Source: Eledone cirrhosa
Taxonomy: Eukaryota
Length of the DNA: 64,000 nt
Reading direction: 5' to 3'
Assembly: GCA_964016885.1 (NCBI GenBank)
Contig: OZ024744.1
Span: forward strand, 17,546,001-17,610,000
The notes beneath the pieces were generated by a model. That model was not told the DNA's origin and did not search any database. It worked only from the letters and a program-made list of their open reading frames with translations. The translations under genes and the position numbers were made by a program. Of the stretch, positions 31,701 through 48,200 are shown piece by piece; position 1 is the first letter of the stretch, and every line of letters begins with the position of its first letter.

Positions 31701-34700
31701 CAGGTTGATACTCATTGCTGACCTGTACACCATCAGACATTGGCGGCAGGTTGATTCTCATTGCTGACCTGTACACCATCAGATACTGACGACAGGTTGA
31801 TACTCATTGCTGACCTGTACACAATCAAGTATTGACGGCAGGTTGATACTCATTGCTGACCTGTACACCATCAGACATTGACGGCAGGTTGATACTCATT
31901 GCTGACCTGTACACCATCAGATACTGACGACAGGTTGATACTCATTGCTGACCTGTATTCCATCAGACACTGACGGCAGGTTGATACTCATCGCTGACCT
32001 GTACACCATCAGACATTGACGGCAGGTTGATACTCATTGCTGATCTGTACACCAACAGGTATTGACGACAGGTTGATACTCATTGCTGACCTGTACACCA
32101 TCAGACATTGACGGCAGGTTGATACTCATTGCTGAACTTTACACCATCAGATATTGAAGGCAGGTTGATACTCATTGCTGACCTGTACACCAACATATAT
32201 TGACGGCAGGTTGATACTCATTGCTGACGTGTAGACCATCAGACATTCACGACAGGTTGATACTCATTGCTGATCTGTACACCATCAGACTTTGATGACA
32301 GGTTGATACTCATTGCTGACCTGTACACCATCAGACATTGACGTTAGGTTGATACTCATTGCCGACATGTACACCATCAGATATTGATGTCAGGTTGATA
32401 CTCATTGCTGACCTTACACCATCAGGTATTGACGGCAGGTTGATACTCATTGCTGACCTGTACACCATCAGACATTGACGGCAGGTTGATACTCATTGCT
32501 GACCTGTACACCATCAGATACTGACTACAGGTTGATACTCATTGCTGACCTGTACACCATCAGATACTGACGACAGGTTGATACTCATTGCTGACCTGTA
32601 CACCATCGGACATTGATGACAGGTTGATACTCATTGCTGACCTGTACTCCATCAGACATTGACGACAGGTTGATACTCATTGCTGACCTATACACCATCA
32701 GTTATTGACGACAAGTTTATACTCATTGCTGACCTGTACACCATCAGATATTGACAGCAGGTTGATACTCATTGCTGACCTGTACACCATCAGACATTGA
32801 CGGCAGGTTGATACTCATTGCTGACATGTACACCATCAGACATTGACGGTAGGTTGATACTCATTGCTGACCTGTACACCATCAGATACTGACGACAGGT
32901 TGATACTCATTGCTGACCTGTACACCATCAGACACTGACGGCAGGTTGATACTCATTGCTGACCTGTACACCATCAGACATTGACGGCAGGTTGATACTC
33001 ATTGCTGACCTGTACACCATCAGTTATTGACGACAAGTTGATACTCATCGTTGACATGTACACCATCAGACATTGATGACAGGTTGATACTCATTGCTGA
33101 CCTGTACACCATCAGAATTTGACGGCAGGTTGATACTCATTGCTGACTTGTACACCATCAGACATTGACGACAGGTTGATACTCATTGCTGACATGTACA
33201 CAATCAGATACTGACGACAAGTTTATACTCATTGCTCACCTGTACAGCATCAGGCATTGACGACAGGTTGATACTCATTGCTGACCTGTACACCATCAGG
33301 TATTGACTACAGGTTGATACTCATTGCTGACCTGTACACCATCAGGTATTTACGGCAGGTTGATACTCATTGCTGACCTGTAAACCATCAGACATTGACG
33401 GCAGGTTGATACTTATTGCTGACCTGTACACCATCAGGTATTGACGACAGGTTGGTACTCATTGTTGACATGTACACCATCAGATATTGACGACAAGTTG
33501 ATACTCATTGCTGACCTGTACACCATCAGATATTGATGACAGGTTGATACTCATTGCTGACCTGTACACCATCAGACATTGACGACAGGTTGATACTCAT
33601 TGCTGACCTGTAAACCATCAGACATTAACGACAGGTTGATACTCAATGCTGACCTGTACACCATCAGGTATTGACAGCAGGTTGATATTCATTGCTGACC
33701 TGTACACCATCAGACATTGACGGCAGGTTGATACTCATTGCTGACCTGTACACCATCAGGTATTGACGACAGGTTGGTACTCATTGCTGACCTGTACACC
33801 ATCAGATACTGACGACAGGTTGATACTCATTACTGACCTGTACACAATCAAGTATTGACGGCAGGCTGATACTCATTGCTGACCTGAACACCATCAGACA
33901 TTGACGGCAGGTTGATACTCATTGCTGACCTGTACACCATCAGATACTGACGACAGGTTGATACTCATTGCTGACCTGTACGCCATCAGACACTGACGGC
34001 AGGTTGATACTCATCGCTGACCTGTACACCATCAGACATTGACGGCAGGTTGATACTCATTGCTGATCTGTACACCAACAGGTATTGACGACAGGTTGAT
34101 ACTCATTGCTGACCTGTTCACCATCAGATACTGACGACAGGTTGATACTCATTGCTGACCTGTACACCATCAGACATTGACGACAGGTTGATACTCATTG
34201 CTGATATGTACACCATCAGACATTGATGACAGGTTGATACTCATTGCTGACCTGTACACCATCAGACATTGACGTTAGGTTGATACTCATTGCTGACATG
34301 TACACCATCAGATATTGATGTCAGGTTGATACTCATTGCTGACCTTACACCATCAGGTATTGACGACAGGTTGATACTCATTGCTGACCTGTACACCATC
34401 AGATACTGACTACAGGTTGGTATTCATTGCTGACCTGTACACCATCAGATACTGACGACAGGTTGATACTCATTGTTGCCCTGTACACCATCAAGTATTG
34501 ATGGCAGGTTGATACTCATTGCTGACCTGTACACCATCAGACATTGACGGCAGGTTGGTACTCACTGCTGACCTGTACACCATCAGACACTGACGGCAGG
34601 TTGATACACATTGCTGACCTGTACACCATCAGATACTGACGACAGGTTGATACTCATTGCTGACCTGTACACCATCAGATATTGACAGCAGGTTGATATT

Positions 34701-37700
34701 CATTGCTGACCTGTACACCATCAGACATTGACGGCAGGTTGATACTCATTGCTGACCTGTACACCATCAGACATTGACGGCAGGTTGATACTCATTGCTG
34801 ACCTGTACACCATCAGTTATTGACGACAGGTTGATACTCATTGGTGACCTGTACACCATCAGACATTGACGGCAGGTTGATACTCATTGCTGACCTGTAC
34901 ACCATCAGACATTGACGGTAGGTTGATACTCATTGCTGACCTGTACACCTTCAGATACTGACGACAGGTTGATACTCATTGCTGACCTGTACACCATCAG
35001 ACACTGACGGCAGGTTGATACTCATTGCTGACCTGTACACCATCAGACATTGACGGCAGGTTGATACTCATTGCTGACCTGTACACCATCAGTTATTGAC
35101 GACAAGTTGATACTCATTGTTGACCTGTACACCATCAGACATTGATGACAGGTTGATACTCATTGCTGACCTGTACACCATCAGACATTGACGGCAGGTT
35201 GATACTCATTGCTGACCTGTAAACCATCAGGTATTGACGACAGGTTGGTACTCATTGTTGACATGTACACCATCAGATACTGACGACAGGTTGATACTCA
35301 TTGCTGACCTGTACACCATCAGACATTGACGACAGGTTGATACTCATTGCTGATCTGTACACCATCAGACATTGATGACAGGTTGATACTCATTGCTGAC
35401 CTGTACACCATCAGACATTGACGACAAGTTGATACTCATTGCTGACATGTATACCATCAGATACTGACGACAAGTTTATACTCATTGCTCACCTGTACTC
35501 CATCAGGCATTGACGACAGGTTGATACTCATTGCTGACCTGTACACCATCAGGTATTGACCACAGGTTGATACTCATTGCTGACCTGTACACCATCAGGT
35601 ATTGACGGCAGGTTGATACTCATTGCTGACCTGTACACCATCAGACATTGACGGCAGGTTGATACTCATTGCTGGCCTGTACACCATCATGTATTGACGA
35701 CAGGTTGGTACTCATTGTTGACATGTACACCATCAGATACTGACGACAAGTTGATACTCATTGCTGACCTGTACACCATCAGACATTGACGGCAGGTTGG
35801 TACTCATTGCTGACCTATACACCATCAGACACTGACGGCAGGTTGATACTCATTGCTGACCTGTACACCATCAGATATTGACGACAGGTTGGTACTCATT
35901 GATGACCTGTACACCATCAGATACTGACGACAGGTTGATACTCATTGCTGACCTGTACACCATCAGATATTGATGACAGGTTGATACTCATTGCTGACCT
36001 GTACACCATCAGACATTGACGACAGGTTGATACTCATTGCTGACCTGTACACCATCAGACATTGACGACAGGTTGATACTCATTGCTGACCTGTACACCA
36101 TCAGGTATTGACAGCAGGTTGATATTCATTGCTGACCTGTACACCATCAGACATTGACGGCAGGTTGATACTCATTGCTGACCTGTACACCATCAGGTAT
36201 TGACGACAGGTTGGTACTCATTGCTGACCTGTACACCATCAGATACTGACGACAGGTTGATACTCATTGCTGACATGTACACCATCAGATATTGACGGCA
36301 GGTTGATACTCATTACTGAACTTTACACCATCAGGTATTGACGGCAGGTTGATACTCATTGCTGACCTGTACACCAACATATATTGACGGCAGATTGATA
36401 CTCATTGCTGACGTGTACACCATCAGACATTGACGACAGGTTGATACTCATTGCTGATCTGTACACCATCAGACATTGATGACAGGTTGATACTCATTGC
36501 TGACCTGTACACCATCAGACATTGACGTTAGGTTGATACTCATTGCTGACATGTACACCATCAGATATTGACGTCAGGTTGATACTCACTGCTGACCTTA
36601 CACCATCAGGTATTGACGGCAGGTTGATACTCATTGCTGACCTGTACACCATCAGACATTGACGGCAGGTTGATACTCATTGCTGACCTGTACACCATCA
36701 GATACTGACTACAGGTTGGTATTCATTGCTGACCTATACACCATCAGATACTGACGACAGGTTGATACTCATTGTTGCCCTGTACACCATCAAGTATTGA
36801 CAGCAGGTTGATACTCATTGCTGACCTGTACACCATCAGACATTGACGGCAGGTTGGTACTCACTGCTGACCTGTACACCATCAGACACTGACGGCAGGT
36901 TGATACACATTGCTGACCTGTACACCATCAGATACTGACGACAGGTTGATACTCATTGCTGACCTGTACACCATCGGACATTGATGACAGCTTGATACTC
37001 ATTGCTGACCTGTACACCATCAGACATTGGCGACAGGTTGATACTCATTGCTGACCTGTACACCATCAGTTATTGACGACAAGTTGATACTCATTGCTGA
37101 CCTGTACACCATCAGATATTGACAGCAGGTTGATATTCATTGCTGACCTGTACACCATCAGACATTGACGGCAGGTTGATACTCATTGCTGACCTGTACA
37201 CCATCAGACATTGACGGCAGGTTGATACTCATTGCTGACCTGTACACCATCAGTTATTGACGACAGGTTGATACTCATTGCTGACCTGTACACCATCAGA
37301 CATTGACGGCAGGTTGATACTCATTGCTGACCTGTACACCATCAGACATTGACGGTAGGTTGATACTCATTGCTGACCTGTACACCATCAGATACTGACG
37401 ACAGGTTGATACTCATTGCTGACCTGTACACCATCAGACACTGACGGTAGGTTGATACTCATTGCTGACCTGTACACCATCAGACATTGACGGCAGGTTG
37501 ATACTCATTGCTGACATGTACACCATCAGTTATTGACGACAAGTTGATACTCATTGTTGACCTGTACACCATCAGACATTGATGACAGGTTGATACTCAT
37601 TGCTGACCTGTACATCATCAGACATTGACGGCAGGTTGATACTCATTGCTGACCTGTAAACCATCAGGTATTGACGACAGATTGGTACTCATTGTTGACA

Positions 37701-40700
37701 TGTACACCATCAGATACTGACGACAGGTTGATACTCATTGCTGACCTGTACACCATCAGATATTGACGGCAGGTTGATACTCATTGCTGACCTGTACACC
37801 ATCAGATACTGATGACAAGTTGATACTCATTGCTGACCTGTACACAATCATGTATTGACGGCAGGTTGATGCTCATTGCTGACCTGTACACCATCAGATA
37901 CTGACGACAGGTTGATACTCATTGCTGACCTGCACACCATCAGACATTGACGACAGGTTGATACTCATTGCTGACCTGCACACCATCAGACACTGACGGC
38001 AGGTTGATACTCATCGCTGACCTGTACACCATCAGACATTGACGGCAGGTTGATACTCATTGCTGATCTGTATACCAACAGGTATTGACGACAGGTTGAT
38101 ACTCATTGCTGACCTGTACACCATCAGACATTGACGGCAGGTTGATACTCATTGCTGACCTGTACACCATCAGATACTGACGACATGTTGATACTCATTG
38201 CTGACCTGTACACCATCAGGTATTGACGACATGTTGATACTCATTGCTGACCTGTACACAATCAAGTATTGACGGCAGGTTGATACTCATTGCTGCCCTG
38301 AACACCATCAGACATTGACGACAGGTTGATACTCATTGCTGACCTGTACACCATCAGACATTGACTACAGGTTGATACTCATTGCTGACCTGTACACCAT
38401 CAGACATTGACGGCAGGTTGATACTCATTGCTGACCTGTACACCATCAGACATTGACGACAGGTTGATACTCATTGCTGACCTGTACACCATCAGATACT
38501 GACGGCAGGTTGATACTCATTGTTGACCTGTACACCATCAGACATTGACGACAAGTTGATACTCATTGCTGACCTGTACACCATCAGGTATTGACGACAG
38601 GTTGATACTCATTGCTGACCTGTACACCATCAGACATTGATGACAGGCTGATACTCATTGCTGACCTGTACACCATCAGACATTGACGGCAGGTTGATAC
38701 TCATTGCTGACCTGTACACCATCAGGTACTGACGACAGGTTGGTACTCATTGTTGATATGTACACCATCAGATACTGACGACAAGTTGTTATTCATTGCT
38801 GACCTGTAGACCATCAGATACTGACGGCAGGTTCATACTCATTGCTGACTTGTACACCATCAGACATTGACGACAGGTTGATACTCATTGCTGACCTGTA
38901 CACCATCAGGTATTGACCACAGGTTGATACTCATTGCTGACCTGTACACCATCAGGTATTGACGGCAAGTTGATACTCATTGCTGACCTTACACCATCAG
39001 ACATTGACGGCAGGTTGATACTCATTGCTGACCTGTACACCATCAGGTATTGACGACAGGTTGGTACTCATTGTTGACATGTACACCATCAGATACTGAC
39101 GACAAGTTGATACTCATTGCTGACCTGTACACCATCAGACACTGACGGCAGGTTGATTCTCATTGCTGACCTGTACACCATCAGATATTGACGACAGGTT
39201 GGTACTCATTGATGACCTGTACACCATCAGATACTGACGACAGGTTGATGCTCATTGCTGACCTGTACACCATCAGATATTGATGACAGGTTGATACTCA
39301 TTGCTGACCTGTACACCATCAGACATTGACGACAGGCTGATACTCATTGCTGACCTGTACACCATCAGACATTGACGGCAGGTTGATACTCATTGCTGAC
39401 CTGTACACCATCAGGTATTGACGACAGGTTGGTACTCATTGCTGACCTGTACACCATCAGATACTGACGACAGGTTGATACTCATTGCTGACCTGTACAC
39501 AATCAAGTATTGACGGCAGGTTGATACTCATTGCTGACTTGAACACCATCAGACAATGACGGCAGGTTGATACTCATTGCTGACCTGTACACCATCAGAT
39601 ACTGACGACAGGTTGATACTCATTGCTGACCTGTACGCCATCAGACACTGACGGCAGGTTGATACTCATCGCTGACCTGTACACCATCAGACATTGACGG
39701 CAGGTTGATACTCATTGCTGATCTGTACACCAACAGGTATTGACGACAGGTTGATACTCATTGCTGACCTGTACACCATCAGATACTGACGACAGGTTGA
39801 TACTCATTGATGACCTGTACACCATCAGACATTGACGGCAGGTTGATACTCATTGCTGACATGTACACCATTAGATATTGACGACAGGTTGGTACTCATT
39901 GATGACCTGTACACCATCAGATACTGACGACAGGTTGATACTCATTGCTGACCTGTACACCATCAGACATTGATGACAGGTTGATACTCATTGCGGACCT
40001 GTACACCATCAGACATTGACGACAGGTTGATACTCATTGCTGACCTGTACACCATCAGACATTGACGACAGGTTGATACTCATTGCTGACCTGTACACCA
40101 TCAGGTATTGACAGTAGGTTGATACACATTGCTGACCTGTACACCATCAGACATTGACGGCAGGTTGATACTCATTGCTGACCTGTACACCATCAGGTAT
40201 TGACGACAGGTTGGTACTCATTGCTGACCTGTACACCATCAGATACTGACGACAGGTTGATACTCATTGCTGACCTGTACACAATCAAGTATTGACGGCA
40301 GGTTGATACTCATTGCTGACCTGTACACCATCAGACATTGACGACAGGTTGATACTCATTGCTGACCGGTACACCATCAGATATTGACGGCAGGTTGATA
40401 CTCATCGCTGACCTGTACACCATCAGATATTGACGGCAGGTTGATACTCATTGCTGATCTGTACACCAACAGGTATTGACGACAGGTTGATACTCATTGC
40501 TGACCTGTACACCAACATATATTGACGGCAGGTTGATACTCATTGCTGACCTGTACACCATCAGACATTGACGACAGGTTGACACTCGTTGCTGACCTGT
40601 ACACCATCAGACATTGACGTTAGGTTGATACTCATTGCTGACCTGTACACCATCAGATATTGATGTCAGGTTGATACTCATTGCTGACCTTACACCATCA

Positions 40701-43700
40701 GGTATTGACGGCAGGTTGATACTCATTGCTGACCTGTACACCATCAGAAATTGACGGTAGGTTGATACTCATTGCTGACCTGTACACCATCAGATACTGA
40801 CTACAGGTTGATACTCATTGCTGACCTGTACACCATCAGATACTGACGACAGGTTGATACTCATTGCTGACCTGTACACCATCAGGTATTGACGACTGGT
40901 TGATACTCATTGCTGACCTGTACACCATCAGACATTGACGGTAGGTTGATACTCATTACTAATCTGTACACCATCAGACATTGACGACAGGTTGATACTC
41001 ATTGCTGACCTGTACACCATCATATATTGACGGCAGGTTGACACTCATTGCTGACCTGTACACCATCAGATACAGACGACAGGTTGATACTCAGTGCTGA
41101 CCTGTACACCATCAGACATTGACGGTAGGTTGATACTCATTACTAATCTGTACACCATCAGACATTGACGACAGGTTGATACTCATTGCTGACCTGTACA
41201 CCATCATATATTGACGGCAGGTTGACACTCATTGCTGACCTGTACACCATCAGATACAGACGACAGGTTGATACTCATTGCTGACCTGTACACCATCAGA
41301 CATTGACGGCAGGTTGATACTCATTGCTGACCTGTACACTATCATATATTGACGGCAGGTTGATACTCATTGCTGACCTGTACACCATCAGATACTGACG
41401 ACACGTTGATACTCATTGCTGACCTGTACACCATCACACATTGACGGCATGTTGATACATATTGCTGACCTGTACTCCATCAGACATTGACGACAGGTTG
41501 ATACTCATTGCTGAGCTGCACACCATCGGATACTGACGACAGCTTGATACTCATTGCTGACCTGTACACCATCAGGTACAGACGACAGGTTGGTACTCAT
41601 TGCTGACCTGTCCAACACCAGGTATTGACGATAGGTTGATACTCATTGCTGACCTTTACACCATCAGGTATTGACGACAGGTTGATACTCATTGTTGACC
41701 TGTACACCGTCAGGTACAGACGACAGATTGATACTCATTGCTGACCTGTACACCATCAGGTACAGACGACAGGTTGATACTCATTGCTGACCTGTACACC
41801 ATCAGGTATTGACAGCAGGTTGATACTCATTGCTGACCTGTACACCATCAGACATTGACGGCAGGTTGATACTCATTGCTGACCTGTACACCATCAGGTA
41901 TTGACAGCAGGTTGATACTCATTGCTGACCTGTACACCATCAGACATTGACGGCAGGTTGATACTCATTGCTGACCTGTACACCATCAGGTATTGACGAC
42001 AGGTTGGTACTCATTGCTGACCTGTACACCATCAGATACTGACGACAGGTTGATACTCATTGCTGACCTGTACACAATCAAGTATTGACGGCAGGTTGAT
42101 ACACATTGCTGACCTGTACACCATCAGACATTGACGACAGGTTGATACTCATTGCTGACCTGTACACCATCAGATACTGACGGCAGGTTGATACTCATCG
42201 CTGACCTGTACACCATCAGACATTGACGGCAGGTTGATACTCATTGCTGATCTGTACACCAACAGGTATTGACGACAGGTTGATACTCATTGCTGACCTG
42301 TACACCATCAGACATTGACGGCAGGTTGATACTCATTGCTGACCTGTACACCATCAGGTATTGACGACAGGTTGATACTCATTGCTGACCTGTACACCAT
42401 CAGGTATTGACGACAGGTTGATACTAATTGCTGACCTGTACACCATCAGGTACAGACGACAGGTTGGTACTCATTGCTGACCTGTACACCATCAGACATT
42501 GACGGCAGGTTGATACTCATTGCTGACCTGTACACCATCAGACATTGACGGCAGGTTGATACTCATTGCTGACCTGTACACCATCAGGTATTGACGACAG
42601 GTTGATACTAATTGCTGACCTGTACACCATCAGGTACAGACGACAGGTTGGTACTCATTGCTGACCTGTACACCATCAGACATTGACGGCAGGTTGATAC
42701 TCATTGCTGACCTGTACACCATCAGACATTAACGGCAGGTTGATACTCATTGCTGACCTGTACACCATCAGGTACAGACGACAGGTTGATACTCAGTGCT
42801 GACCTGTACACCATCAGACATTGACGACAGGTTGATACTCATTGCTGACCTGTACACCATCAGGTATTGACGACAGATTGATACTCATTGCTGACCTGTA
42901 CACCATCAGACATTGACGACAGGTTGATACTCATTGCTGACCTGTACACCATCAGGTACAGACGACAGGTTGATACTCGTTGCTGACCTGTACACCATCA
43001 GGTACAGACGACAGGTTGATACTCATTGCTGACCTGTACACCATCAGGTATTGACGACAGGTTGATACTCATTGCTGACCTGTACACCATCAGGTACAGA
43101 CGACAGGTTGATACTCGTTGCTGACCTGTACACCATCAGGTGCAGACGACAGGTTGATACTCATTGCTGACCTGTACACCATCAGACATTGACGGCAGGT
43201 TGATTCTCATTGCTGACCTGTACACCATCAAACATTGACGGCAGGTTGATACTCATTGCTGAACTGTACACCATCAGGTACAGACGACAGGTTGATACTC
43301 AGTGCTGACCTGTACACCATCAGACATTGATGACATATTGATACTCATTGCTGACATGTACACCATCAGATATTGATGTCAGGTTGATACTCATTGCTGA
43401 CCTGTAAACCTTCAGATATTGACGACAGGTTGATACTCATTGCTGACCTGTACACCATCAGACATTGACGGCAGGTTGGTACTCATTGCTGACATGTACA
43501 CCATCATACATTGACGGCAGGTTGGTACTCATTGCTGACCTGTACACCATCAGACATTGATGGCAGGTTGATACCCATTGCTGACCTGTACACCATCAGG
43601 TATTGACGATAGGTTGATACTCATTGCTGACCTGTACACCATCAGATACTGACGACAGGTTGATACTCATTGCTGACCTGTACACCATCAGACATTGACG

Positions 43701-45249
43701 GCAGGTTGGTACTCATTGCTGACCTGTACACCATCAGACATTGACGGCAGGTTGATACTCATTGCTGACCTGTACACCATCAGACATTGAGGGCAGGTTG
43801 ATACTCATTGCTAACCTGTATACCATCAGGTATTGACGGCAGGTTGATACTCATTGCTGACTTGTACACCATCAGATACTGACAACAGGTTGATACTCAT
43901 TGCTGACCTGTACACCATCAGACATTGACGGCAGGTTGGTACTCATTGCTGACCTGTACACCATCAGACATTGACGACAGGTTGATACTCATTGCTGACC
44001 TGTACACCATCAGACATTGACGACAGGTTGATACTCATTGCTGACCTGTACACCATTAGATATTGATGTCAGATTGATACTCATTGCTGACCTGTACACC
44101 ATCAGGTATTGACGGCAGGTTGATACTCATTGCTGACCTGTAAACCTTCAGATATTGACGACAGGTTGATACTCATTGCTGACCTGTACACCATCAGACA
44201 TTGACGGCAGGTTGATACTCATTGCTGACCTGTACACCATCACGTACAGACGACAGGTTGATACTCATTGCTGACCTGTACACCATCAGACATTGACGGC
44301 AGGTTGGTACTCATTGCTGACCTGTACACCATCAGACATTGACGACAGGTTGATACTCATTGCTGGCCTGTACACCATCAGATATTGATGTCAGGTTGAT
44401 ACTCATTGCTGACCTGTACACCATCAGGTATTGACGGCAGGTTGATACTCATTGCTGAGCTGTACACCATCAGATACTGACGACAGCTTGATACTCATTG
44501 CTGACCAGTACACCATCAGGTACAGACGACATGTTGGTACTCATTGCTGACCTGTACAACATCAGGTATTGACGATAAGTTGATACTCATTGCTGACCTT
44601 TACACCATCAGGTATTGACGACAGGTTGATACTCATTGCTGACCTGTACACCATCAGGTACAGACGACAGGTTGATACTCATTGCTGACCTGTACACCAT
44701 CAGACATTGACGACAGGTTGGTACTCATTGCTGACCTGTACACCATCATACATTGACGGCAGGTTGATACTCATTGCTGACCTGTACCCCATCAGATAAT
44801 GTCGACAGGTTGATACTCATTGATGACCTGTACACCATCAGATACTGACGACAGGTTGATACTCATTGCTGACCTGTACACCATCAGACATTGACGACAA
44901 GTCGGTACTCATTGCTGACATGTACACCATCATATATTGACGACAGGTTGGTACTCATTGCTGACATGTACATCATCAGATACTGACAGCAGGTTGATAA
45001 TCATTGTTGACCTGTACAACATCAGTCATTGACGACAGGTTCATACTCATTGCTGTCCTGTACACTATCAGGGACAGACGACAGGTTGATACTCATTGCT
45101 CACCTGTACACCATCAGACATAGACGGCAGGTTGATACTCATTGCTGACCTGTAAACCTTCAGATATTGACGACAGGTTGATACTCATTGCTGACCTGTA
45201 CACCATCAGACATTGACGGCAGGTTGGTACTCATTGCTGACCTGTACAC

Positions 45250-48200
45250 CACCAGACATTGACGGCAGGTTGGTACTCATTGCTGACCTGTACACCATCA
45301 GACATTGACGGCAGGTTGATACTCATTGCTGACCTGTACACCATCAGACATTGAGGGCAGGTTGATACTCATTGCTAACCTGTATACCATCAGGTATTGA
45401 CGGCAGGTTGATACTCATTGTTGACTTGTACACCATCAGATACTGACAACAGGTTGATACTCATTGCTGACCTGTACACCATCAGACATTGACGGCAGGT
45501 TGGTACTCGTTGCTCACCTGTACACAATCAGACATTGACGACAGTTTGATACTCATTGCTGACCTGTACACCATCAGACATTGACGACAGGTTGATACTC
45601 ATTGCTGACCAGTACACCATCAGATATTGATGTCAGGTTGATACTCATTGCTGACCTGTACACCATCAGATACTGACGACAGGTTGATACTCATTGCTGA
45701 CCGGTACACCATCAGACATTGACGGCAGGTTGATACTCATTGCTGACCTGTACACCATCAGGTATTGACGGCAGGTTGATACTCATTGCTGACCTGTACA
45801 CCAACATATATTGATGGCAGGTTGATACTCATTGCTGACCTGTACACCATCAGGTATTGACGGCAGGTTGATCCTCGTTGCTGACTTGTACCCCATCAGA
45901 TACTGACAACAGGTTGATACTCATTGCTGACCTGTACACCATCACGTGCAGACTACAGGTTGATACTCATTGCTGACCTGTACACCATCAGACATTGACG
46001 GCAGGTTGGTACTTATTGCTGACTTGTACACCATCAGACATTGACGACAGGTTGATACTCATTGCTGACCTGTACACCATCAGACATTGACGACAGGTTG
46101 GTACTCATTGCTGACCTGTACACCATCAAGTATTGACGGCAGGTTGATACTAATTGCTGACCTGCACTCCATCAGACATTGACGGCAGGTTGATACGCAT
46201 TGCTGACCTCTACACCATCAGACATTGACGACAGGTTGGTACTCATTGCTGACCTGTACACCATCAGATACTAACGACAGGTTGATACTCATTGCTGACC
46301 TGTACACCATCAAGTATTGACGGCAGGTTGATACTAATTGCTGACCTGTACTCCATCAGACATTGACGGCAGGTTGATACTCATTGCTGACCTGTACACC
46401 ATCAGACATTGACGGCAGGTTGATACACATTGCTGACCTGTACTCCATCAGACATTGACGACAGGTTGACACTCATTGCTGACCTGTACTCCATCAGACA
46501 TTGACGGCTGGTTGATACTCATTGCTGACCTGTACACCATCAGGTATTGACGACAGGTTGATACTCATTGCTGACCTGTACACCATCAGATACTGACGAC
46601 AGGTTGATACTCATTGCTGGCCTGTACACCATCTGGTATTGACGGCAGGTTGATACGCATTGCTGACCTGTACACCATCAGACATTGACGACAGGTTGGT
46701 ACTCATTGCTGACCTGTACACCATCAGATACTAACGACAGGTTGATACTCATTGCTGACCTGTACACCATCAAGTATTGACGGCAGGTTGATACTAATTG
46801 CTGACCTGTACTCCCTCAGACATTGACGGCAGGTTGATACTCATTGCTGACCTGTACACCATCAGACATTGACGGCAGGTTGATAACAATTGCTGACCTG
46901 TACACCATCAGGTATTGACGACAGGTTGATACACATTGCTGACCTGTACACCATCAGATACTGACGACAGGTTGATACTCATTGCTGACCTGTACACCAT
47001 CAGACATTGACGGCAGGTTGGTACTCATTGCTGACCTGTACACCATCAGACATTGACGGCAGGTTGATACTCATTGCTGACCTGTACACCATCAGACATT
47101 GAGGGCAGGTTGATACTCATTGCTAACCTGTATACCATCAGGTATTGACGGCAGGTTGATACTCATTGCTGACTTGTACACCATCAGATACTGACAACAG
47201 GTTGATACTCATTGCTGACCTGTACACCATCAGACATTGACGGCAGGTTGGTACTCGTTGCTCACCTGTACACAATCAGACATTGACGACAGGTTGATAC
47301 TCATTGCTGACCTGTACACCATCAGACATTGACGACAGGTTGATACACATTGCTGACCAGTACACCATCAGATATTGATGTCAGGTTGATACTCATTGCT
47401 GACCTGTACACCATCAGATACTGACGACAGGTTGATACTCATTGCTGACCGGTACACCATCAGACATTGACGGCAGGTTGATACTAATTGCTGACCTGTA
47501 CACCATCAGGTATTGACGGCAGGTTGATACTCATTGCTGACCTGTACACCAACATATATTGATGGCAGGTTGATACTCATTGCTGACCTGTACACCATCA
47601 GGTATTGACGGCAGGTTGATCCTCGTTGCTGACTTGTACCCCATCAGATACTGACAACAGGTTGATACTCATTGCTGACCTGTACACCATCACGTGCAGA
47701 CTACAGGTTGATACTCATTGCTGACCTGTACACCATCAGACATTGACGGCAGGTTGGTACTTATTGCTGACTTGTACACCATCAGACATTGACGACAGGT
47801 TGATACTCATTGCTGACCTGTACACTATCAGACATTGACGACAGGTTGGTACTCATTGCTGACCTGTACACCATCAAGTATTGACGGCAGGTTGATACTA
47901 ATTGCTGACCTGCACTCCATCAGACATTGACGGCAGGTTGATACGCATTGCTGACCTCTACACCATCAGACATTGACGACAGGTTGGTACTCATTGCTGA
48001 CCTGTACACCATCAGATACTAACGACAGGTTGATACTCATTGCTGACCTGTACACCATCAAGTATTGACGGCAGGTTGATACTAATTGCTGACCTGTACT
48101 CCATCAGACATTGACGGCAGGTTGATACTCATTGCTGACCTGTACACCATCAGACATTGACGGCAGGTTGATACACATTGCTGACCTGTACTCCATCAGA

